The position numbers were made by a program, and so were the translations under genes. The notes below the pieces were generated by a model, which was given only the letters and a program-made list of their open reading frames with translations, had not been told where the DNA came from and did no database searches. This document shows positions 41,051 to 52,729 of a stretch of 64,000 bases of DNA, one piece after another; within the stretch, counting starts at the first letter, position 1, and each line of letters opens with the position of its first letter. The DNA is taken from the NCBI GenBank assembly GCA_963845325.1, contig CAWJRT010000001.1, forward strand, positions 59,598 through 123,597, read 5' to 3'. The DNA is from an uncultured Spirochaetota bacterium. Lineage in GTDB: Bacteria; Spirochaetota; Spirochaetia; SZUA-6; Fen-1364.

Positions 41051-42482
41051 ATGGCAAAGAAGATCGCGATGATCGGCGCCGGCAGCGTCGTGTTCTGCAA
41101 GACGCTGATGGCCGACATCATGGCAACCCCCGCCCTGGCCGGCAGCGAGTTCGCCCTCATGAGCCGCACGGAACCGAAGCTCCGCGCGATGGAGGAGTTC
41201 GGCCGCCGGATGCTCAAGGACAACGGCGTGCAGGGGTCCGTGTGGGCCACGCTGGACCGCCGCGAGGCGCTGAAGGACGCGGACTTCGTGGTCGTCATGA
41301 TCCAGGTCGGCGGAGTGGAGGCATTCCAGATCGACTGGCAGGTGCCCCTGAAGTACAAGGTGGACCAGTGCGTGGGAGATACCCTCGGGCCGGGCGGCGT
41401 GTTCCGCGCAATGCGGAGCATCCCCGTGCTCCTGGACATCGCGCGCGACATGGAGGAGGTCTCCCGGCCGGGCGCCATCATGCTGCAGTACGCCAATCCC
41501 ATGGCGGGCAACTGCCTGGCCCTCGGGCACGGCCAGCGCCGTCTCCTTCGTCGGGCTCTGCCACGGCGTGCAGACCACGATCGAGCAGATCGCCCAGTTC
41601 ATCGACGTGCCGAAGGACGAGATCCAGTACACCTGCGGCGGCATCAACCACATGGACTGGTTCCTCACGCTCACCCGGGCAGGAGAGGACCTGTACCCCG
41701 CGCTGCGCAAGGGCAATGGAGCGCCCCGAGATCTACAAGAGCGAGAAGGTGCGGGGCGAGGTGTTCCGGCATTTCGGCTATTTCATGACCGAGACCACGG
41801 GCCACCTGGCCGAGTACGTGCCGTGGTTCCGAAAGAGCAAGGCGGCGCTGGACATGTACTGCGACGAGCCGGGCTTCGGCGGGCAGAGCGGCGCCTACTA
41901 CACCTGGTGCGACACGGTGGCGAAGAAGTACGAGGGAAAGAACCAGCTGGACTGGGAAACGACGACAGCTTGGGCCCCGGAGCGTCGAGTACTGCTCGTA
42001 CATCATGGAGGCGGTTGCCACGGGGAAGCCCTTCAAGTTCATGGGCAACGTGCGCAACAACGGCTACATCGACCAACCTGCCGTCCGACGCCTGCGTGGA
42101 GGTGCCCACCTTTGCCGATGACACCGGCCTGCACCCGGTGCGCGTGGGCAGGCTTCCGACGCAGTGCGCCGCCTTGTGCATGACCAATGTCAACGTGCAG
42201 CTTCTTGCCGCGGATGCGGCAATCAACGGGGACACTGAGGCGCTGGTCCAGGCTGTAGCCATGGATCCCCTGACCTCCGCGGTATGCACGCTGAAGGAGA
42301 TCCGGGAGATGACCTCCGAAATGCTGGAAGCCGAGCGGCGGTGGCTGCCCCAGTTCAAGGGAAAGAAGGTGGCACAGAAGCCGGCGGTGCATATCCCGCC
42401 GAACGTGCAGGCCATGGACCTTGCCCAGGACCCGGCCCAGGCCATCCTGAAGCGATTCATGGACCTCGCGGCGAGGAAGTAA
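41051..42482 (+). CDS. Glycoside hydrolase family 4 (NAD/Mn-dependent alpha-glucosidase or alpha-galactosidase), at least 4 frameshifts
   Basis: KIAMIGAGSVVF, DTLGPGG, LQYANPMA, GLCHG, INHMDWF and NLPSDACVEVP, distributed over all three frames. Confidence 0.75.
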
Positions 42483-42518
42483 CGAAGGGATTGACAGCCC
42501 GGATCTCAGCAACGCCCA

Positions 42519-43499
42519 TCAAGTCCCAATGAATTTCTTCACCTCCGCCGCGTCGGGCAGAGCGGACATCACGCCCTTGCGCCGCGCGGTGAGAGCCCCC
42601 GCCGCATTGGCCCAGCGCATCGCATCGATGAGGGTGCCCTTTCCCAGCGCCTCCAGCCGTGATCGCCTGGCGCCCGACGAGGCGCCCAGGCTCGAGAGAA
42701 GACGGACCAGCAGTGCCGCCATGAAGGCATCGCCGCAGCCCGTCGCGTCGACAACGTCCACCGTGAATCCGGGCACGCTGCCCGCGCTCCGCGCCGATGC
42801 CCACGCGCTTCCGTGAGGGCCAAGGGTCGCGACGCAGAGGGCAGGTCCCCACTCGAGGACCTTTCCGCATCCCGCGGGCGCATCATCGGTGCCGGAGAGG
42901 AGCCGAAGCTCCGCCTCGTTGACCTTGACAATGTCGGCTCGCGGAAGCGCCTCGATGATTTCCGCGCGCGCACGTGCCTCGGAATCCCACAGGCCCGGGC
43001 GATAGTTGACGTCGAACGACACCAATGCGCCGTTGTCCCGGGCGAACGCGGCTCCTTTCAGCGCCGCGCTCCGGCAGGGTTCCACTGCCAGGCTGACCGA
43101 GCCGAAGTGATATACGGCTGTGGCAGCAAGGAGCCGCTGGTCAAGCTCATCCGGGGTGAGGAGCATGTCCGCTCCGGGATTCCTGTAGAAGAGCATCTCG
43201 GTGCGATTGGGATCGGGAATCGTCATGAAGTTGAGCGTTGTCCGGTGCTCCCGGTCAAATCTCATTCCCCGGGTTTCCACCCCGTACCCCTTCAGGACCG
43301 CCTCCAGCCTGCGGCCGAACGCATCTTCTCCCACCTTGCCGATGAATGCCGCCGCCGCTCCCAACCGGGAGGCGGCCACGGCAACGTTGGCCGGGGCTCC
43401 CCCGGCAACCGGGATGAAGGCGGAAACGGACTGGAAATCCTTGCCTGCTTCCGAGGCAAACATGTCCAGGATCAACTCGCCGAGCGTCACGATGTCCAT
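42519..43499 (-). CDS. PfkB-family carbohydrate kinase (fructokinase / ketodeoxygluconokinase-like)
   Basis: Intact 326-aa ORF with GGAPANVAVAASRLG and DATGCGDAFMAAL. Confidence 0.85.
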   Translation of the reverse strand: MDIVTLGELILDMFASEAGKDFQSVSAFIPVAGGAPANVAVAASRLGAAAAFIGKVGEDAFGRRLEAVLKGYGVETRGMRFDREHRTTLNFMTIPDPNRTEMLFYRNPGADMLLTPDELDQRLLAATAVYHFGSVSLAVEPCRSAALKGAAFARDNGALVSFDVNYRPGLWDSEARARAEIIEALPRADIVKVNEAELRLLSGTDDAPAGCGKVLEWGPALCVATLGPHGSAWASARSAGSVPGFTVDVVDATGCGDAFMAALLVRLLSSLGASSGARRSRLEALGKGTLIDAMRWANAAGALTARRKGVMSALPDAAEVKKFIGT

Positions 43500-43592
43500 G
43501 CGCGCATCCTACTCCCTCGACAAATCCTGTTTCAAGGAACTCAGGAACGCAATTGACACAACGACTGGGCGGCGTATACTCGCGGAAACCTC

Positions 43593-44720
43593 ATGATGAA
43601 GCCCCCCTGGACCTCGATCGTGGATTTCTCACAGAAGCCGATATTCGTATGCTGGGAAACCACCAAGTCATGCCTCCTCTCCTGCCGTCACTGCAGGGCA
43701 ACCGCGCTGCGGAACCGGCTCCCGGAGGAGCTTGGCTACGCCGAAGGCGCGGCCTTCATCGATCAACTCCTGGAGTTTGGTGAGCCGTACCCGGCCCTCC
43801 TGCTGACCGGCGGGGACCCCCTCATGCGTCCCGATGTGTTCGACCTGGTGGCGCACGCCAAGACCCGGGGCGTCTATACCGCGGTGGCGGCGAGCGTCAC
43901 CCCCCTCCTGAACAGGGAAAACCTGGAACGCATCAAGGATCTCGGCGTGGATATCATTTCTGTCAGCCTGGACGGGGCAACGGCGGAAGTGCACGACAGG
44001 ATCAGGGAAATACCGGGCACATGGCAGGCAACACTGGACGCGATCAGCCTCGCGACCTCGTGCGGGCTGCGGCTGCAGGTCAACACCACTGTCATGAACA
44101 GCAATATCCGTCAGCTCGCCGACATCTTCCAGCTCTCCCGCGAACGAGGGGCGGTTGCCTGGGAAGTATTTTTCCTCATACGGACCGGGCGCGGATCGGC
44201 ACTGGAAAATCCGGAGCCGCAGGAGTGCGAGCAGGTTGCGCACTTTCTCTACGAGGCAACCCGGTACGGGATCCCCGTGCGAACATCCGAAGGACCGCAC
44301 TTCCGGCGCATCTTCCTCCAGCGCCAGAAGAATCCGCAGGCGCCGGAGGGCGAGCTGTATGCCCACCTCGCCGCGCGGCTGCGGGCCCTTGCGGGGGAAC
44401 CTGTGAACGAGCCGACGGTACGGCTGAACGCAACCGGTGACGGGAAGGGGATCATTTTCATCGGCCATGACGGTGAGGTCTTCCCCAGCGGCTTTCTCCC
44501 CCTTTCGCTGGGAAACGTGCGGACCGATCGGCTGCAGAGAATCTATACAACCCACCCGCTGCTTGTCGGGATGAGGGACACCATGAACCTGAAAGGGCGC
44601 TGCGGTGTCTGCGAGTACAAGGTTGTCTGCAGCGGGTCCCGATCCCGCGCATACGCGGAGTTCCAGGATCCCTACCAGGAAGACCCGGCGTGCCCATACG
44701 GGGTCCTTCAGCGCCCGTGA
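43593..44720 (+). CDS. Radical SAM/SPASM-domain protein (resembles the TIGR04053-type family)
   Basis: ETTKSCLLSCRHCRA (CxxxCxxC), LTGGDPLMRPD, and the C-terminal CGVCEYKVVCSGSRSRAY...DPACPY. Confidence 0.75.
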   Translation: MMKPPWTSIVDFSQKPIFVCWETTKSCLLSCRHCRATALRNRLPEELGYAEGAAFIDQLLEFGEPYPALLLTGGDPLMRPDVFDLVAHAKTRGVYTAVAASVTPLLNRENLERIKDLGVDIISVSLDGATAEVHDRIREIPGTWQATLDAISLATSCGLRLQVNTTVMNSNIRQLADIFQLSRERGAVAWEVFFLIRTGRGSALENPEPQECEQVAHFLYEATRYGIPVRTSEGPHFRRIFLQRQKNPQAPEGELYAHLAARLRALAGEPVNEPTVRLNATGDGKGIIFIGHDGEVFPSGFLPLSLGNVRTDRLQRIYTTHPLLVGMRDTMNLKGRCGVCEYKVVCSGSRSRAYAEFQDPYQEDPACPYGVLQRP

Positions 44721-44934
44721 CCCTTCGGCAGGTGTGGCTTGCCGCGAGGCCCTTGCCCGGGATAGTGTTCCCATTCGTCGGCATCGGTCACTGCCACCAC
44801 AGACAGGCGGGAAGCCCTGCGCGGAGCGGACTACTCGATTCCCGAAAGGCGTCAAGCGTCAGGCGGTGCCCACGGGTCCCGCACTGGCGATTGCAGATAG
44901 ATTCGGCAAGCTGGCCGAGGTGAAGGGGTAAGGC

Positions 44935-45841
44935 ATGAAGACAACGCGCGAAATCATTCGAAAGGCCCGCGAGCTCGGCCTGGGCATTCCTGCATTCAAC
45001 GTGGCGCACCTCCCGATGACCGAGCCGATCATCCGCGCGGTGCGGGACCAGGATTCCTTCGCCCTGGTGGAGGTGTCCCGCATAGACTGGGTCAAGTTCG
45101 GCGCGAAGAGCCCCGCGGCGGTTGCGGCGGAGTACCGTCGGCACGACGATCCCCGCCACGTGCGCCTGCACCTGGACCACGTGCCGGTGATCGACGAGGA
45201 CCAGAAGAAGGTGGATTACCGGGCGATCATCGAGGAGTCGATCTCCCTCGGCTACCACTCGGTCATGATCGATGCATCCCGTCTCTCTCTGGAGGACAAC
45301 ATCCGCGCCACCCGGGAAGTCGCCGAAATTGCGCGGCCGCACGGGCGTTCCCGTGGAGGCGGAGCTGGGCGCCGTGCTCGGCCACGAGGAGGGACCGCTT
45401 CCGCCGTACGAGGAGCTGTTCAAGTCGGGCAAAGGCTTTACGCGGCTCGAAGAGGCGGCCCGGTTCGCGAAGGAATCCGGCTGTGACTGGCTGTCGGTTG
45501 CCATCGGCAACATCCACGGCGCCGTGGGCGAGGCGACGAAGGACCAGAAGAAGGTCGAGGCGCACCTGGCCCTGGATCACCTGTCAAAGCTTGCCGCCAT
45601 CACCGGTATTCCGCTCGTCCTGCACGGCGGCTCGGGCATCCGGCAGGCGGACATGCTGGCCTCCATGAAGCGCGGGATTGCCAAGGTGAACGTCGGCACG
45701 GAGATCCGCCAGGCCTACGAACAGGCGCTGAAGTCCGGCGGGAGCGAGAAGGACGCGCAGGAGGCGGTGTATGTCCGCACCTCGTCCCTGATCAAGGACT
45801 GGTTCAAGCTGAACGGCATCCGCGCGAGCATCATGTCGTGA
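44935..45841 (+). CDS. Class II (metal-dependent) fructose/tagatose-bisphosphate aldolase family protein, frameshift near 45335
   Basis: IPAFNV, HLDHV, SVMIDAS, VEAELG, LSVAIGNIHG, LVLHGGSG and KVNVGTE. Confidence 0.8.
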
Positions 45842-45885
45842 CCCGGCCTCTGGGCCGGGCGCCGCTCGGAGGATGAGGCAGACCA

Positions 45886-47388
45886 TCATCCCCTGAGGTA
45901 GTCCTTCAGCAGGGGCCACAGCTCCTTGTACTTCCCGAATCTCTCCTCGTACGCGCGCTGCGTGTCCGGGTCGGGGCTCGAAGCGCTCCCCGAGGGAAAC
46001 CATTGCCTTCACCCCGTCTTCCACCGAGTGGAAGGCCCCGGTTCCAGTGCCTGCAAGGATGGCCACGCCAAGGCAGCCGGCCTCGGAGACCCTGCGTGCG
46101 GACCAAGGGCATTCCCAGGATGTCCGCGGAGACCTGCAGCCAGGCGTCGGACTTGCTTCCTCCGCCCACGGCGCGAAGCTCGCGCAGGGCGATGCCGGTG
46201 TCCGCAATGGAATCCACCAGCGCCTTGTGGTAGAACACGACCCCTTCCATGATCCCTTTCAGGATGTCGCCGCGCGTCGTGTCCAGCTTGAGACCAACGA
46301 TCACGCCGGAGGAATCGGTGACGAACTCGGGGGGGCCGGTGACGGTGAAATGGGGAAGGACGAAGACGCTCGAGAGAGCCGAAGGGATCTCGCGGATCAA
46401 CTCTGCATAGACGTCCCGGCCCGCCCGCTCCGCGGCTTCCCTGTCCGCGCGCGCGAAGGTGTCGCGGTACCATTTCACCAGCAGCCCGCCCTGGTTGTAG
46501 ATGAAGCTGACAAACCTGCCCGGAGCGGCGTGGTGCTCCGTGTTCAGCCCCCATCGCATCATGACCTCGGGCGGCTTGCGGCCGGTGAAAACTGGCATGA
46601 TGGTGAGGTACGTCCCCATGCCGCTCATGCCGAAGCCCGGCTCCGTGACCCCGCAGCCCAGCGCGTTGGCGCACTGGTCGTGCGTGCCTGCCACGATTGC
46701 GGTGCTCTTCGGGAGCCCCAGCTCCTCCGCGACGGATCCCGAGACGGTGCCGATCCGTGTCCCGGCCTGAACGGGTGTCGGGCAGCTTGGAAAGGTCAAT
46801 GCCGGCAACCCCGGCGATTTCCTTCGACCACGTGCAGGAGTCCACGTCGAAGAGGAGCGTCCGGTTTGCAAGCGCGTAGTCCACGGTGGGCTCGGCGCCG
46901 AGCATGAAGGAGACAAAGCCGCTCCACAGGAGGAACTTCCAGGCCCCGGCGTAGACATCGGGGGTGTGGTCGCGGATCCACATCAGCTTGGGCAGGCTGA
47001 ACTGGATTCCCAAAATGTTCCCATTTATCCGGTACAGCTTCTCGGCGCCGAGCCGCGAGGAGAGAAGCGGCAGGTACTCCTCCCCCCGGCTGTCGATCAG
47101 CAGGAGAGAGTTTCCCAGGATCCGTCGATCCCGGGAGACGGGTACCATGGACTCGCCCATCGAAGAGACGGCAAGGGACACCACGGGGTCTTTCGTCGCC
47201 GCCTTCACCGCGGCTGCAATGGTTTTCCTCACACGGGCCCAGACATCGACAGGGTCCAGCTCGAGCCACCCGGGACGGGGCCTCACCATGTCGTACTCGT
47301 CGTAGGCGAAAGCCAGCGACTCCCCGCTTTCGGAAAATACCGAGGCCTTGCAGCCCGTCGTCCCGACGTCTATTCCGAGGAAACTCAT
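45886..47388 (-). CDS. FGGY-family carbohydrate kinase (xylulokinase-like), about 3 frameshifts (near 46775, 46100 and 45975)
   Basis: MSFLGIDVGTTGCKA, GTHDQCANALG, and GGGSKSDAWLQVSADILGMP. The C-terminus ERFGKYKELWPLLKDYLRG-stop is recovered after removing one C from a C-run. Confidence 0.75.
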
Positions 47389-47495
47389 CTCGCCATTCTT
47401 CCCTTCTGCATGTAGGGAATGTCGGAGAGGGTGCATTGTCAAGTCAGCTCGCCCGTCATTCTGACGGCGCCACGCGTGAAGCTCAGCGGACAGCC

Positions 47496-47525
47496 TTGAC
47501 AGAAGATGCGAAAGGTTCTTATAAA
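47496..47525 (+). promoter_or_regulatory. Near-consensus sigma70 promoter TTGACA-N18-TATAAA
   Basis: It lies inside the 5' end of ORF-track ORF 47506..48663. This argues that the real start of that gene is the downstream GTG at 47575, which is preceded by GAAGGA. Confidence 0.45.
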
Positions 47526-47574
47526 CTTCAAGAAATGGAGGCCGCAGAAGCGGCACGACCGAGAAGGATTTGCA

Positions 47575-48663
47575 GTGAAAGATTTCTCGACGCCGCCGGA
47601 ACCTGACCTGGAAGAAATGCTCGATATCCTCCACCGCAGGAAAATGCCCCGCAGGGTCCACCACGTGGAGCTGTTTCTCGACCGGGAAATCAAGGAAGCG
47701 GTTGGCGCACGGTTCGAGCTTGCGGAGGACCTGCTGAGATCCGATCCTCTTTTTGAAACGAAGCGTGACGCCGCGCTGCATGCTTTCCTTGGCTACGACA
47801 TGTTTCGAGTCGGCATTGTGCATAAGGCGATCTTTCCAACCCCGACGCTGACGGCGTCTGACACGACTGCCCTCTCAAAGCAGGGACGGGCCGCCCGCGA
47901 CTGGCAGGAAGAGCACGTGGGACCAATCCAGGGCTGGAAGGATTTTGACTCGTACCCCTGGCCGGCCGTTTCAGACATTGATTTCTCCCCGCTGGAATGG
48001 CTGGAGCGCAACCTGCAGCCAAACATGGGATGCTACGAGCTTACCGCGCACATCTTCGAGATTCTCTCCTTCCTTCTTGGCTACGAGACGCTGTGCTATT
48101 TCGTGGTCGACGAGCCCGCGCTTGTCGATGCGATACTGGAAAAGGTCGGGACCTTCTACCTGGATTTTACGAAGGCTCTCGCAGACTTCTCAAGGGTAGC
48201 CGTGATCTGGGGCTCTGACGACCTGGGATTCCGATCGGGCACGCTCATGTCCCCGGATTTTCTCCGCCGCAAGATTCTTCCATGGCACAAGCAGTGCGCA
48301 GAAATTGCCCGGTCCCGGGGAAAGCCATATCTCCTCCACTCGTGCGGCAGGCTCGGGGAGATCATGGACGATCTGATTGATGATGTCGGCATCACGGGAA
48401 AGCACTCCTTCGAGGACTCCATACAACCTGTGACAGAGGCAAAGAAGATCTATGGAGACAAGATTGCTCTTCTCGGGGGCGTCGACATGGACTTCCTGTG
48501 CAGGGCTGAAGCGTCCGACATACGTCAACGCGTGCGGGACACCCTCGACGTCTGCATGCAGGGCGGCGGGTATTGCCTCGGGACGGGCAACACGGCCGCT
48601 AACTACATCCCCCTGGAGAACTTCCTCGCCATGATCGACGAGGGACGCCGGTATCATCTCTAA
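47575..48663 (+). CDS. URO-D family protein, paralog 3 (retains an H-x-C-G motif)
   Basis: The frame is intact. Motifs include GSDDLGFRSGTLMSP, LLHSCGRLGEIMDDL and GGYCLGTGNT. The start is uncertain (47506, 47575 or 47617). Confidence 0.65.
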   Translation: MKDFSTPPEPDLEEMLDILHRRKMPRRVHHVELFLDREIKEAVGARFELAEDLLRSDPLFETKRDAALHAFLGYDMFRVGIVHKAIFPTPTLTASDTTALSKQGRAARDWQEEHVGPIQGWKDFDSYPWPAVSDIDFSPLEWLERNLQPNMGCYELTAHIFEILSFLLGYETLCYFVVDEPALVDAILEKVGTFYLDFTKALADFSRVAVIWGSDDLGFRSGTLMSPDFLRRKILPWHKQCAEIARSRGKPYLLHSCGRLGEIMDDLIDDVGITGKHSFEDSIQPVTEAKKIYGDKIALLGGVDMDFLCRAEASDIRQRVRDTLDVCMQGGGYCLGTGNTAANYIPLENFLAMIDEGRRYHL

Positions 48664-48945
48664 TATTAGAGTTAATGATTTTTTTGGATTTCCAGCGAGA
48701 ACGACAATTCTCCTTGACTTTCGAAGGTTTTAATCTACACTGCGCGGAAGCGGTCCCATTGGACAGGTCGACCCGGCGCTGGTCAACGTCTCGATGGGCA
48801 CACCGCGCCAGGCTCGTGCTGCAACCTGGTGAAGTGGGGCGGCCGCAACAGATGATCGCCCACCCCAAAATATCGAATTGGGAAGACAACTGGAGCCGTC
48901 AAAGACGCGGCTCAAGAATGACTTTCTGGTAAGGAGGAGTTGCGC

Positions 48946-50434
48946 GTGCCGGAAGATCTGATTCTTGATATGAAAGGCATCTGGAAATCATATCCGGGAG
49001 TCAGCGTATTCGAGGGTTTTGACTTCGATCTGCGCAAGGGTGAAATCCATTGCATCTGCGGGGAAAATGGCGCCGGCAAATCGACACTGATCAAGATCCT
49101 TTCCGGTGCCCACGCTCCTGACCGCGGAACCATTCTCTTCGAAGGGAAAAAAGTCGAGAACCTGAGCCCGCACTCCGCCATGCAGATGGGCATCCAGACG
49201 ATCTACCAGGAGCACAACCTGTTTCCGCTCCTCAACGTCGTGGAAAATCTCTATGCCGGCAACCAGATCACCAACGGGCTGATCATCGACCAGGCAACGA
49301 TGGTGGCGAAGACCCGGGACATCCTCGGATACCTGCACTCGGACCTGTCTCCGTTCGACATCGTGGGGCGGCTCAGCAGCAGCGCGCGCAAGGTCATCGA
49401 GATCGCCAAGGCCCTGGTGCAGGAAGCAAAGGTGATCATTTTCGATGAACCCACCGCGTCGTTCAGCCATGTGGAAACCAATCATCTCTTCGAGATCATC
49501 AAGAGACTTGCGCAGAACGGCAAGAGCATCATCTACATTTCCCACCACCTCGAAGAGGTCTTCCGCCTGGCCAACCGCGTGACGGTGATCCGGGACGGGC
49601 GGAAAGTCTCCACGTGCGACATCGCGGACCTGACTGAGCAGAAACTCATCCGGGACATGGTGGGAAGGGACGTTTCCCTGTTTTACCAGCGGGACGTCAT
49701 GCCGATCGGCGAGCAGGTCGTGTTCGAAGCGCGGCGGCTCACCGGCAACGGCGTGCGCGACGTTTCTCTTGCGGTGCGGCGAGGGGAGATCCTGGGCATT
49801 GCAGGGATGGACGGGTCGGGAAGGACCGAGCTTGCAGAGCTGCTGTTCGGGGTGAAGAGGGTTGATTCCGGGGAGATCCTGGTCAACGGCAGGAAAGTGA
49901 AGATGAAGACTCCCTTATCGGCCATCCGGCAGAAGATGTGCTTCATCACGGAAGACCGCCAGACCCATGGCCTGTTTCTGAAGCACGCGCTCACCCGAAA
50001 TATTCCCATTGTGAGCTACACGGGGACCAGGACGCCGTTCGCTTCTCCGGCGGACGACGTGAAGATGACGGAGAAGTACGTCGCCGAGCTGCGCATCAGG
50101 ACGCCCAGCGTGACCCAGCTGGCCATGCAGCTTTCCGGCGGCAACCAGCAGAAGGTCGTGCTGGGGAAATGGTTTGCGAGCAACGGGGAGTTCTTCATTT
50201 TCGACGAGCCGACACGGGGGATCGACGTCGGCGCCAAGGAAGAGATCTACAGGATCATGATCGAGCTTCTGCGGCAGGAAAAATCCATCATCATGATTTC
50301 ATCCGACATGCCGGAACTGGTGGCCATGAGCGACCGCATCATCGTGATGCGCAACGGGACGGCCTCGGCGCTGCTGGAGAAGGCACGAAATCAACCAGGA
50401 AACGGTGCTGAAGCACGCGATAGGAGTTGCCTGA
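48946..50434 (+). CDS. Sugar ABC transporter ATP-binding protein (two ABC domains), frameshift near 50379
   Basis: GENGAGKST and LSGGNQQKV. The conserved tail HEINQETVLKHAIGVA-stop is recovered after removing one G. An AAGGAGG Shine-Dalgarno sequence lies at 48931. Confidence 0.8.
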
Positions 50435-50435
50435 G

Positions 50436-51489
50436 ATGAACCTGCGGACCACGACACGACGCGAAAACGGACCGATCTTTCTCGCCCTGCTGGCCACGAT
50501 CGCTCGCGGTCATCCTCGTCGAGTTGATTTTCGTCCGGGGCTTCGACATCACCAAGGTGGCATTTATCAAGCCGCGGAACATGGCCAACGTGCTCATGCA
50601 GGTCTCCACGACGGGGATCCTTGCCATCAGCATGACCGCTGGTCATGGTGTCGGGCGGCATCGACCTTTCCATCGGCCAGATGATGTGCTTCATCGGGAC
50701 CGGTATGGCGTTCATGATGCGAATCGTCGGATTGAACGACTGGCTGGTCGCTTCGCTCGGCGTCGTCGTGGCGGTGCTTTTCCAGGTCCTGATGGGCTTC
50801 ATCATCTCCCGGACGAAGCTGGAGCCTTTCATCGTTTCCCTGGGATTCATGACGATCTACAAGGGCTTCACGTACCTGATCACGAATGGAAGCGAAATCA
50901 CCATCGTGGACCATTTCACCTTTCTCGGGCGGGACCTATATCAACATCACGCGAGACTTTCAGGATCGGCATGCCGGTCATCGTCCTGGTCATCCTGGAG
51001 ATCGTCATGTGGCTGGTATTGAAATACACGAAGTTCGGACGGTCCGTGTATGCGGTGGGGGGGAACGAGAATGCCGCCTATCTCGCCGGGATCAACGTCA
51101 GGAAGTTCAAGCTTCTCGTCTACGGGCTGAACGGCGTCTTCGTGGCGATTGCCACGATGGTGCTGCTTTCGCGGCTGGGCACCGGCAACCCGCTCATCGG
51201 AGACGGGAAGGAGATCGACGTCATCGCCGCGGTCGTGGTTGGCGGGACCGCGCTCAGCGGGGGGAAGGGCAACGTCTGGGGCACGCTCATCGGGGTGCTT
51301 CTTCTGGGCTGCATCTCCAACGCCCTCAACATCCTGGGGGTCAATCCGTACTGGCAGTACGTCATGACCGGGGCCATCATCATCCTCGCGGTGCTGCTCA
51401 GCTATTTCAGCGGCCTGAGCACCACCTCGGTGAAGAATGGCTCCCCAAAGGGGGATTCAGCGGACATCAAGAAAGCGCTCGCCAATTGA
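50436..51489 (+). CDS. Sugar ABC transporter permease, at least 4 frameshifts (near 50500, 50637, 50930 and 50958)
   Basis: Segments in three frames: ILAISMT | VSGGIDLSIGQMMCF... | YINITRDF | RIGMPVIVLV...AVGGNENAAYLAGINV... Confidence 0.7.
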
Positions 51490-51638
51490 TGCCGGGAAGG
51501 GAATGTCATGGTGGGAATGGTGGAGACTGCCGGAAGAAAGGTGGAAGGAGGCATGACAGGCAGCGCGTATCGTTCCCGTGCCATTCACAACGTGGAAGGT
51601 TCCAGGTCGGAAAAAAATCACACGAAGGAGTACACCAG

Positions 51639-52711
51639 ATGAAGAGACTGGCTTTTGTATTGTTGGCAGCTGGCAATGCTGGCCGCGTCGGCAAACGCTG
51701 CCTTTGCCGCCGATGCCGCCATGGGAAAGACGATCGGTTTCGTCAACGCCGGTCCTGACGACTACTACGCGCAGTTCGGCAAGTCGCTGGTCGCGGTTGC
51801 CAAGTCGTACGGCATGAACGTCGTCGAGGTCAACTCGAACTACAAGCCCGAGAAGGAACTGGCAAACGTCCAGGACCTGATCGCCAAGGGCGTCGACGCC
51901 ATCGCGGTCATCACGGCGGGCGCGGCGGGAAGCGCAAAATCGGTGGAAGCCGCCAATCACGCGCAAGGTGCCCATCTTCTTCATTGCGGGCGTGCCCGAC
52001 GTGCCCGCGGGCGGAGCGTTCCAGGGCCACGTGACGGACAACTTCGTCATCATGGGCTACAAGATCGGCCAGTGGGTGGCGAAGAACTACCCGAAGGCAA
52101 AGACCGCCGAGATCCCGGGCTTCCTGGGCCAGGGTCCTGCCGAAGGGGAGATGGTCGGTTGGCAGCTTGCTCTTGATGAAGCCAACATGGGGAAGACCCT
52201 CGTGCTGAAGAGCGCCGATTGGCAGCGGACCAAGGCCGTGCCGATCACCGAGGATCTCCTTGCTTCCGGGAAACCTTTTGACGTCATCTTCGCCGCCAAC
52301 GAGGAGACGGCCGGCGGCATCATCCAGGTGTTCAAGGAGCAGAACATAAAGGGCAAGATCATCGTTTCGAACAACGGCAAGGAAGACGCATGGCAGTGGA
52401 TGAAGGACGGCTTGATGTCGGCCACGGTTCCGAACCCGCCTTCCCTGAACGCCGACCTCTGCGTCCAGCAGATCGTCCGTAATCTCAACAAGCAGAAATA
52501 CGTGATTGACCTCCAGATCACGCCGTGGAGCGTCCTCACGAAGGACAACGTGGACAAGGCGATTCCCTGGAACACCGAGGCGTACATGAAGGGCCGCGCG
52601 GCGAACAAGTTCGAATGGCACCTGGACTACTATGAAAAGCAGTACCTGGCCAATCAGAAGATGTTCGCTGATTTCGACGCCAAAGTAAAAGCCTACATGG
52701 CCAGCCACTAG
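51639..52711 (+). CDS. Sugar ABC transporter substrate-binding protein, frameshifts near 51670 and 51955
   Basis: Signal peptide MKRLAFVLLA.../AMLAASANAAFA, then KTIGFVNAGPDDYYAQFG and VPIFFIAGVPD. A GAAGGAG Shine-Dalgarno sequence is present. Confidence 0.75.
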
Positions 52712-52729
52712 GAGCCAGGCATTACGCGA

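Noticed and set aside
48675-48932. 85-aa ORF in the leader of the second ABC operon
   Set aside because: There is no ribosome-binding site and no recognisable family, and its composition is atypical. It is treated as non-coding leader.
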